Assembly: GCA_050575255.1 (NCBI GenBank)
Contig: JBNZDD010013574.1
Location: 378,244 to 442,243 of the forward strand
DNA: 64,000 nucleotides
Source: Harriotta raleighana
Lineage: Eukaryota
Reading direction: 5' to 3'
Numbering within the stretch: position 1 is the stretch's first letter; the number at the start of each line of letters is the position of its first letter. A program made the translations under genes and the position numbers. The notes under the pieces were generated by a model. The model saw only the letters and a list, made by a program, of their open reading frames with translations. It had not been told where the DNA came from and searched no databases. This document shows, piece by piece, positions 41,591 to 51,226 of this stretch.

Positions 41591-41920
41591 TGAGGCTCCT
41601 GTAGCTCAGTGGTTAGAGCACTCGCCTTACAAGCATGAGAAGCTGTGTTCGAATCCAGGCAGATCAGGGCGAAAGCTGGGGCAAGTTTCCTTACTCCACA
41701 CACACGCTTAATAATAATCCGTCAAAAAAAAACACAGAATAATAAAAATTGGTCATTTCAATCCACGACTGTTTATGGGGAAGTTGCTGTGCGCAATTGG
41801 CTGCCGCGTTTCGCCCACAAATATACAGTCTATTCACTTTACAGTATATTCTGTGAAGCGCTTTGAGACATTGAAAAGATATAAAAAGCGCTATTTCAAA
41901 TGCAAGGATTATTATTATTA
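41591..41920 (+). mobile_element. Full-length SINE
   Basis: Head, core and tail match the family. Confidence 0.9.
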
Positions 41921-41952
41921 TATATTATATTTAATTCTAATTAATAATATAC

Positions 41953-42160
41953 AATAATAATCCTTGCATTTGATGTAGCGCTTTTCACGTCTTATCAACG
42001 TCTCAAAGGGCTTCACAGAATATTACTGTAAAGTGAATTGACTATATATTTTGTCGGCGAAACGCGGAAGCCAATTGCACACAGCAGTGGAGGGATTATT
42101 ATTATTAGGCGAGTGGAGTAAGGAAACTCGCCCAATCCTGACCTGCCTGGATTCGAACAC
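41953..42160 (-). mobile_element. Internally deleted SINE, tail-to-tail with the 41591 copy
   Basis: Reverse tail, core and part of the head. Confidence 0.85.
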
Positions 42161-42637
42161 TTTATCAAATGCATGGATTACTATTAAGGTTACTATTTAT
42201 ACTTGGGAAGCTTGCTAGACAACAACAACCACCACAACAACAATACATTTGTATAGTGCCGAGTTGTGCTTTGGCCTGTTTGATCTCATCCCTCCCAGAA
42301 TACCTCCCCTACAATCTTCTCATCACTGCCTCCTCAACAAGCTGCTTCCCGGGTTATAACCCTTCAGTTCGGGCTCCGGACAAAAATTACAAACCTCATC
42401 CATCCTTGACTTGGGAGGAAAAGTACTGAAAGGGGTTAATGGAGCTGTTTAATTCTACCGAGATCTCTGTCGTACATTATTTCCATAGTGATTTCACTTA
42501 AGAGATGTGTAGTGGGTTGGAGCAAAACATACTTCTGCTGTGTGTGGAGCTGTATTCTAGAGGAGGTGCTGACATTCTCAGTGCAAGCCCCTGCTTTTTA
42601 AAAAAAAACTATTTGCACATATTCTTGGCTCAGTTGA

Positions 42638-43140
42638 TAATAATAATCATAATCCTTGCATTTGATACAACGCCTTTCACATCTTTTAGACAGACGTCTC
42701 AAAGAGCTTCACAGAATAATACAGTACTGTAAAGTGAATTGACTGCGTATTTGTGGGCGAAACGGGGCAGCCAATTGGGCACAAGCAGTGTCACACAAAC
42801 AGCCGTGGATAGAAAATAACTCCTTTTTATTGCTGTGTTTTTTTGGGGAGGGATTACTGTTAGACGTGTGGTGTAAGGAAACTTGCCCAAAGTTTAGCCC
42901 TGACCTGCCCGGATTCGAACACAGGTCTCACGCTTGTAAGACAAATGCTCTAACCACTGAGCTACAGGAGCTCCACATACTGTATGTATGTACATTTGTG
43001 GGCGAAATGCGGCGACTAATTGTGCACACCAGTGTCCCACAAACAGTCGTGGATTGAGTGACCAAATTATTATTGTGTGGTTTTTTTCTTGAGGGATTAT
43101 TATCAGGCGTGTGGAGTCTCTTGCTTGCGAGGCGAGTGAA
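42638..43140 (-). mobile_element. Full-length SINE (42638-42975) followed by a partial copy
   Basis: Family match. Confidence 0.88.
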
Positions 43141-43702
43141 CCCAATTAAATAATATTAATCCTTAATATAGCATTTAAAATAGCGCCTTATCGTGTTGTA
43201 TCAGAGTGTGCTGTAAATCGGTGTGACTGTTTATTTTGTGGGTGAAATGGGCTTTACAAGGGCCTACTGATCCCGCACACATGGAAAGACCCACTGAAGC
43301 CTTTACGAAATTGTCCTCTGTGTAGAATCTGTAACTGGGGCTGTTTTGTCTGCTTTCCCCGTCTTTTATTCAGAGGGTGGGATGGCGGGCGAAAGATTCA
43401 TGTGAGAATCCTTTGTCTACATTTGTACATTTGTCTACACACTGTTCTACGCAGAACTTTGCCAAAGATTTGTCCGTTAAGATCCTGCAACCTCTCCCAC
43501 CTCACCCTCCCAATTTACACACAATTCCTGTGCATCAAATGCAAGGATTATTATTACTATTAGCATTATTATTCAATGCAGCAAAAAAAAAACAAGCTTG
43601 AAAATTATAGTCCATCCACACAAACTGTAAAGGTTAGCATGAGCCAAATCAACAAATGAATTTCAAATCATAGCCAATTCGCATTGTTCAGTGGCGTAGG
43701 GT

Positions 43703-43734
<32 letters not shown>

Positions 43735-44089
43735 NNGGTGGAGGGAGGAGTGGAGGGAAGGAAGATAGAAAACAAAGCATTTATGATGTACAGTTTAGTG
43801 GTGGAAGCTAATTTGAATCAAAGTGAAATGCTGAAAGGCTCGGGAAGAGGTACGTTCTTTGTGGATCTGAAATATGCAGCCGCGGAAACTCTGCAGGGGT
43901 TCTCCTTGTGCAGCCTGCACTGTCATGCTCATGTTTTTTGATGTGCAGATTTGTGACGCAGTACATACTGCTCTTAATCCAAAACATGCAGGCAGTTTTT
44001 GTGTTGTTGTGAAGGGCGGCGTTTTTCACGATAACACACTGTGTTATAATGAGCTGTATGGTATATAATATTGGCTTGATTCTGAGAGA

Positions 44090-44283
44090 TAATAATAATA
44101 ATCCCTCAGACAAAATACAATAATAAATATTTCATTTTAATCCAAGACTGTGTCTGGGACACTGCTTTGAGCAATTGGCTGCTGTGTTTATTTCCAATTC
44201 ACTTTACAGTATGTTCTGTGAAGCACTTTTGAGACGTCTAGAAGATGTGAAAAGCACTATATAAAATGCAAGGATTACTATTA
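44090..44283 (+). mobile_element. SINE 3' part
   Basis: Core remnant and tail. Confidence 0.75.
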
Positions 44284-44467
44284 CATATATTTTATATATG
44301 TGCATATAAATATAAATGCAATATGTACATTCGTTCTATACATTGAGATGTCTCAATGACATGATATAGCACTATATCAAATGAATAAATTATTATTATT
44401 ATCATATGCAGTTTGTTTATTTTGCTCCGAAATCCCCCTATCGCAAACTTCTTTCATCGTTTTACAT

Positions 44468-44715
44468 GACAACAACAACCAAATTACACTTATAGAGTGC
44501 CTTTCACATCGGGAGGACATCATTTGATAAAAGCGCTGAACTGTCAGAAAGGGACTCGAGCACGGGAGACGGGCAGGGTGGGGGGGGAGATCTACACGCC
44601 TCAAAGTGCTTCACAGAATATACTGTAGATACTGAATAAACTGTAAAGTGAATTGACTGCATATTTGTAGGCGAAACGCGGCAGCCAATTGCACACAGCA
44701 GAGTCCCGAACACAG
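44468..44715 (-). mobile_element. L2 3' end joined to a SINE tail and core
   Basis: (CAA)n L2 tail at 44468-44590, then SINE reverse sequence from ~44597. Confidence 0.7.
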
Positions 44716-45667
44716 CGGTTAAACTTCACCTGTAAACGCTATAGGCCAAACGTGGATTGATTTAAAGTCCCATTGGTTTTCGCTCACGCTTGCTGGAGTG
44801 ACTCTGATGCCACCGTTTCAAAGTCTCCATGGCTATTCCATCTCCTCTCTGATGTCACGGTAATTGAGATGCTAATAACTGTCTTAGAGATGACGGCGGT
44901 CGGATCCTTTTACTTCTGCTGATTACGTTTGGGCGGCGGAAAATGTCGACGTTCTCTTTGACGATGAGAATCTCTGCAGACCGCTTAAGCTTTCGGCTTG
45001 AAATACAAGCTCACTAACAACACCCGATGGAAAGAATGGGAAAGAGTTCCATTCCTCGGCTTCACATTACAACACCATCACCTGCATTCAGCATTGGGAG
45101 TGCATCAACCCTTCTCAACAAAACCTGTACACACAAGAGAGTTGCAGTAATTAACAGAGGCAGTCGTGCAGCCAAAGGTTTCAAATAATGGGTCGATACT
45201 TCTGTTTTACAGCATATATATATATATCTATCTCTGTATTGAAGCTGATCCAAAGCATTTTTGCAGTGTAGCGAAGTGATGAAACTTAATTTTATTTGGT
45301 CTCGCATGATACTGTAACACTGCCAAATGCGAACATTGATATGAATACGATAACGGGAGTTAAAGCAATTATTTTTAAACTTGGTACTGTATTTGCAGCA
45401 AAACTTGCCCAACGCTGGGTAAAGTTTTTTTTAAAAATAAAGAAACTTTCAAAGAAACATTTTAAATTGGCCGCACAGTACTATAGCTAAGATCCCATTA
45501 CAATTCAACGTTAACTGAACCTCATGTAGTCTCAGTATCTTTTCATTCTAATGGACATGGACTTTGCTCTTTCAACATGGGTGGAAAATCTAGCTTCAAC
45601 TTTAACTGTAACAGAGTTCTGCCCCCCACCCCACCCCCCCATTTTGTTTACGATGCCTTTCTCTTGC

Positions 45668-45880
45668 AAGTCAATTGATTGTATATTTGTGGGCGAAGTG
45701 TGGCAGCCAATTGCGCACAGCGGTATCCCACAAACAGCCGTGGATTGAAATGACCAATTTTATTGTTGTGTTTTCTTTTGAGGGATTATTATCGGGCGTG
45801 TGGAGTAAGAAACCTTACCCAAGGTTTCGCCCTGACCTGGCTGGTTTCAAACACAGATCTCACGCTTGCTCTAACCCTAA
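45668..45880 (-). mobile_element. SINE core and partial head
   Basis: Family match. Confidence 0.85.
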
Positions 45881-46009
45881 CGCAATGCTTGGAGAGATGC
45901 CGTCATTCATTAGATGAAATGTTATAACCTGTTCTGGTGGATGCCAAAGATCCCATGAAACTACTCAAAGTGAAAGGAGTTTCTCCCAGTGTCCTGGCCA
46001 GCAATCCCG

Positions 46010-46345
46010 GTGGAGGCCTGTAGCTCAAAGGTTAGTGCAGTCGCCTTACGAATGAGAGACCTGGGTTCGATTCCAGGTCAGGGCGAAACCTTGGGCAAGT
46101 TTCCTTACTCCACACGGCTGATAATAATCCCCCCCCAAAAAACAATAATAAATTTGTCATTTCAATCCACGACTGTTTGTGGGACACTGCTGTGCGCAAT
46201 TGGCTGCCACGTTTCACCCACAAATATGCAGTCAACTTACTTTACAGAACATTCTGTGAAGCGCTTTGAGACTTCTGGGCGATGTGAAAAGCGTTCCATC
46301 AAATCCAAGGATTATTATGATGATGATGATGATTATTATTATTAT
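46010..46345 (+). mobile_element. Full-length SINE with a (GAT/ATT)n tail
   Basis: Family match. Confidence 0.9.
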
Positions 46346-46500
46346 AAAATTGGTCATTCACTTCATGGCTTCACGGCTGTGTGTGGGACAATGTTGCGTG
46401 CGAATTGGTTGTGTCCTAATCAGGACGTGAGGATTTCATCAATCTCTCTATCGCTGAGATTTACTGGATTTCCCTTAGTTTGCAGTGATTACATTTCTCT

Positions 46501-46546
<46 letters not shown>

Positions 46547-46559
46547 TATGAAACATAAT

Positions 46560-47700
46560 GATATTTTGTTTGGACTGAGTATTTCTTTTCATTTGCGGCC
46601 TTAAGGCTGAACATTGTGTGGCGGCTCTGACCTCTTTGCAGACGGATTTTTTTTGAGGCTTTGCAAAGAGGGGACAACTTACCCAGCAATCAATCGATCA
46701 ATCCTTTGGTGCATTCGGATCATTTTGAATGTCGGCCTCGCGCCTTCTGAGGGCAAAAGAAAGGATGGGTGACATTCTCCAGTACCCGGGAATGTTAAAG
46801 CCCCCGACATTGGATTGTCGCTCCGGGAGATCGGCCCTTCCCAAAAAGGGTTAACATTCTGGCAATGGAAAACAGGGAGGGAGGGGAAGGGGATGTGTTT
46901 TACATAATGTAAGGGAAGCAAAAAAAAACACACAGCGACAGTGAAATATTCCATCTGTCATTCTGCAAAGAGATTCTCCATTCCCCTCCTCCTCTCTACC
47001 CCCCCCTCCCCCTCCCCCCCTATTCCTCTCCCCAACGCCCACCACTCACAATATTAAATATTTCCATTTCCCCAGCTGGTGGTTTTTTTTTTTGGGGGGG
47101 GGGAATAGTCTTTGTGATGACTGAATATTCATTGCATTTAGCTTTTTTTGGGGTGGGGAGGGGTGGGGGGGGGATATATGATTGGCAGCTACAGCTTTCC
47201 CTTGCCTGCCTTTACCTTGGCTTGGTCACTGAGTGATTAGCATGCGACGTTTGCTTACTTGCTCGTCTGTCTCTCTCCCTCTCTCTCTCTGCCTGCCTCT
47301 GCCTCTGCCTTGCCCCTCTCAACAAGCTCATTTGCCTGGTCACTGTGTGATGAGATGACATGAGATGCTGTTTCTGCTTGCTGCCTGCTGCACAGAAAAG
47401 CCATGCATTGCATCAGGCTCCTTCAACCAGTCACTTTTCATATCTGCAATGGATTGATCTGAGCCGAATGACTTGACTGACTGAACTGACTGACAGTAAC
47501 TGAGACTGACTGACTTAACCAACCAACGAACGAACGAATGAACGAATGAATGAATGAAAGAGAAAAAAAAGTGTTGTGGTTGAATGTTTTCCCCCCTCAA
47601 GAAGGAGAATCCTGATGGGCAATAAATAAATGCCTTGGAACCCACCTCTCATCCCCTCTTACCTCCCTCCCATCCACTCCCATCCCACCCACCCAAGAGA
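46560..47700 (+). promoter_or_regulatory. Probable internal promoter / 5' leader of the short (MTL) ARHGEF9 isoform
   Basis: SINE-free unique sequence upstream of the uORF and MTL exon, with G/C tracts, a reverse CCAAT (ATTGG at ~47181) and a CT-rich tract at ~47270-47320. The TSS cannot be located from sequence. Confidence 0.4.
47469..47558. repeat. Compound tetranucleotide microsatellite (TGAC)n-(AACC)-(AACG)n-(AATG)n
   Basis: Read directly from the sequence. Confidence 0.8.
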
Positions 47701-47768
47701 CTTTGGATCAGCTGCGATGGACTGAGAGGAAGAGAGAGAGAGAGAGGTGGAAGGGAATCTCATCTGGC

Positions 47769-47963
47769 ATGGTGGATCTATTGGATAATTTCAGTTCAGA
47801 GCCCAGGTTGTCATCACAGAGACTCCCAGATCCTCATCTCGAGTACTACAGTCTCCTGCATTGCACCATGACTTTGGATATACAGACTATTGTTGTGTTT
47901 GCTATCATTGTAGTCTTGGTCCTGGTCAATGTGATTTTGATGTTCTTACTTGGCACACGTTGA
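47769..47963 (+). CDS. 64-aa upstream-ORF transmembrane microprotein (SMIM39-like) in the first exon of the short ARHGEF9 isoform
   Basis: Strong Kozak context GGCATGG at 47769 and TGA at 47961-47963. Translation MVDLLDNFSSEPRLSSQRLPDPHLEYYSLLHCTMTLDIQTIVVFAIIVVLVLVNVILMFLLGTR has a ~21-residue hydrophobic C-terminal helix. The ORF ends ~210 nt before the MTL ATG. Confidence 0.75.
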   Translation: MVDLLDNFSSEPRLSSQRLPDPHLEYYSLLHCTMTLDIQTIVVFAIIVVLVLVNVILMFLLGTR

Positions 47964-48174
47964 CGGATGACCCCCCCCCACCCCCTCCCCTCCCTTCTCC
48001 AACCCTCACCCACCCTCACCCACCCACCACCTCCACCCACCCCCACCTCGATTGGAGCCGGTGGTGGCTTGACACAAACGATTTTCTAAGAGAGAGAGAG
48101 AGAAAGAGGGAGAGAGAAAAAGAGGAGGAGGAGAAAAAAACACCACACAGCAACATTATGGTTCTGCAATATGA

Positions 48175-48183
48175 ATGACGTTG
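48175..48183 (+). CDS. ARHGEF9: Coding end (ATG ACG TTG = MTL) of the alternative first exon of canonical collybistin
   Basis: ATGACGTTG|GTATAT phase-0 donor at 48184. Joined to 57043 it gives [19 protein letters not shown], matching the human collybistin N-terminus [19 protein letters not shown] (recalled). A second copy at 48288-48296 lies in a gap-associated duplication. Confidence 0.8.
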
Positions 48184-48626
48184 GTATATTATCTACCTCA
48201 TTTTTATATATATATATACTTCTATCTATCTGTNGAGGAGGAGGAGAAAAAAACCCCACACAGCAACATTATGGTTCTGCAATATGAATGACGTTGGTAT
48301 ATTATCTACCTCATTTTTATATATATATACTTCTATCTATCTGTGTGGACTGGATGTATGTTTTTGTCTGTCGTGGTCTTTTTCAAAAAAAGATATATTA
48401 TTCGAAGCATTAATGATAATCATAATGCCTGTAAGTCGAGTTATTTTTGTTGGCTGGAATATTGAAATATGCTATAATCATTCGAGAGATCCCCTCACAT
48501 CCTCTTATGTGGCGTTTGCTAGCTTTATTAGGGGTTAAGGGGAGGGGGTGGGGGGGGGAGGTGGGATGAGCAATTATTATTGATGCTTAGTGTGTGGATG
48601 GGATGTGTGTGTCTGTGTGAATCTAT

Positions 48627-49024
48627 ATGTGTGTGTGTGTGTGTGTGTCTTCTCTCTCTTTCTCTCTCTATCTCCCTGCTCTTTCCCCCACTGTCTGTAA
48701 CAGCTTCTAGTGGATTATTAATCGTAGCATTGGCGCATGATAGCAAATCAGTTAGAACATTAAATCGAAGGTGATTATTTCCTAGGGAGATAGATGCTCT
48801 CTGTCTGTCTGTCTCTGTGTGTCTGATGTGTGTGTGTGTGTGTGTGTCTTCTCTCTCTTTCTCTCTCTATCTCCCTGCTCTTTCCCCCACTGTCTGTAAC
48901 AGCTTCTAGTGGATTATTAATCGTAGCATTGGCGCATGATAGCAAATCAGTTAGAACATTAAATCGAAGGTGATTATTTCCTAGGGAGATAGATGCTCTC
49001 TGTCTGTCTGTCTCTGTGTGTCTG
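48627..49024. repeat. Perfect 199-bp tandem duplication bounded by (TG)n
   Basis: 48627-48825 is repeated at 48826-49024. Confidence 0.9.
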
Positions 49025-50579
49025 TGTGTGTGTGTGTGTGTAAAAAAATAAGAAGAATGAATTGATTTTTAAGAGAGAAGAAAATACATTTTGGAGAATG
49101 TTACTCACTTGCATCCAGTGTTAAAAGAGAGAGAGAGAGAGAAAAAGAACTGTTATTTGGTGTTGTGTGGCTGGTTCCCTCTATAACAGTACCATGGAAA
49201 TGGATGAATACGCTTTCTCGTCTGCCAGGAAAGATTTGTGTGCATGTTATTCCCCCTTTTCCTTCTTTCTTTCTCTTATTATTAGTGTTATTTTGATTTT
49301 CTTTTAAAACACCTGAAACCCCCCCCCCCCCACCCCCAAAAAAAACATGTAAGGCAAAATCTCATGTGGTGAAGGAACCCATCTTTATTCTGACAAAAAG
49401 GAGGAAGGAAGACTATTTCAGGACATGTATGTAATTAACAAGTGGTGTGTAATTCACAGGGCTTGTGTATGTGTATGTGTGTGTGTCTGTCTTGTCTGTC
49501 TGTGTGTGGGTGTGCATGTGTTATTTTGTGTGTGGTGTGGTGTGTGGGGGGGGGGAAAGGAAGGAATTTTTTTTAATGCACCCAGAAAGAATGGAATAAG
49601 TTTTTTTTTTAAAAAAACTGACCTTGTTCTGGTATAATGTGAGTGTAAGAGAGAGAGAGTATTAAAGGATTACAGTACTTCAGGCCTCAGATAGTTAATA
49701 AAACCATCACAGATTAACTCTACCTCCAAGTCAAATCTAGCTCTGGTTATAGTTTCAATCAAAAGTATTTCCAATTGTTGCTATTTTTGTCACACAGCAA
49801 GTATCTGGTTTATTTGTGTGTTGGTGGTATGGGAGGGAGGAGGGAGAGAGAGATTGGGGAGATGGAGGGTAAGGAGATAGGAGAGAGACAGACAGCTTGG
49901 GGGTCTCCCCTTTTGAGCTCGTTTCTTATTGTGTCTTGGATCCAAATTATTCTGGGTGGAAATTTTCTAATGATATGCATTTCACTTGCAGCCATTTTCA
50001 AATGTTTTCTAAGGCTTTAAATTTGTCTTGGCTCATCTCGTTGCCTTGGATGCTGAGAAAATTAAAACCTTCTCTTGTGTATGTGTGTGTGTGTATGTGT
50101 TAAGTATTGAAATTGAGTCAGGAGATGTCACCCTACCCATTTTGCATTGAATGTCTCTTCCCTCCCCTCCCTCTCACTCATCCATCTACATGTACATTTC
50201 ACCTGCAGGGTTTTTTGTTGCTGGATCTCTGCATCTGAGGGAACCTGACACTTGTTTTAAAAATACCATCTACTCGGGGGAGGAAGGGGGAGATTGAGTC
50301 GTGACTCAGAGAAGCTGCAATTTATTGAGAGAGAGAGAGAGAGAGAGGAAAAAAAGAGAAAGGGAGAGAGATGGAGAGAGAGAGAGAGACAGCAATACAA
50401 GATGCAAAGTGCAGCCCTATCACTCTCTAATACCCTCCCCATTTATATGCCCTCTTGTTCAGATGAGACATTAAAATCATAGGTATGTATGTGGGCAGCT
50501 TTGTGCGGCTTGTGTGGGTGTGCTTCATTTTTTACATGGAAGGAATATTTTAGCCAAGTAAAAATTCACAGGTGCACTC

Positions 50580-50615
<36 letters not shown>

Positions 50616-51202
50616 AGAGAATTAGACAAACATACAGTCTCACATTTAGCTTCCCAAAGACATCTGCCAAGCTAGGAATTTTTTACCAAACCAAATGGGA
50701 ACTTAAATGTTCTTTTTATATAAATATATATATGTATATAAATATGAGGTATTTATGTAACATTCCTATCTCCATGACACCTGGCACACACACACATGCA
50801 GACACACACACACACACATACAGACAANTTTACCAAACCAAATGGGAACTTAAATGTTCTTTTTATATAAATATATATATGTATATAAATATGAGGTATT
50901 TATGTAACATTCCTATCTCCATGACAGCTGGCACACACACACACACACACACATACAGACACAGGCTGAGGAAATCCAAGCGATTTATTTGACAGTGGGC
51001 AGTGGGGCGAAAGAAGGAAGTTTAAGATTAGCAATGTGTATTGTACTGTGTAGCAAAACTGTAGAGCATCATTGGAAGAAAGGTGCCAATCTGGTTTTTA
51101 TTGTATTTGTCTCACATTTGGTTGAAAGAAAAAATGGGGATGGGGGTTGGGGGGGGGGGGGGGGGGGGTGGGGGGGGGGTGGAGCGGGTTGGCGGGGGGC
51201 CG

Positions 51203-51226
51203 NNNNNNNNNNNNNNNNNNNNNNNN
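51203..51226. other. Assembly gap (N run) inside a poly-G tract
   Basis: Run of Ns. Single or double Ns also occur at 1298, 5048, 5461, 20704, 25966, 27262, 27540, 38594, 43735-43736, 48234, 50828 and 54590. Confidence 0.95.

Noticed and set aside
34086-47700. Search for the mammalian alternative first exon encoding MQWIRGGSGM
   Set aside because: Not found by eye. Short ATG-donor candidates (ATG 35384 ending phase 1; ATGTTTCAG|GTAATG near 37132) lack support.
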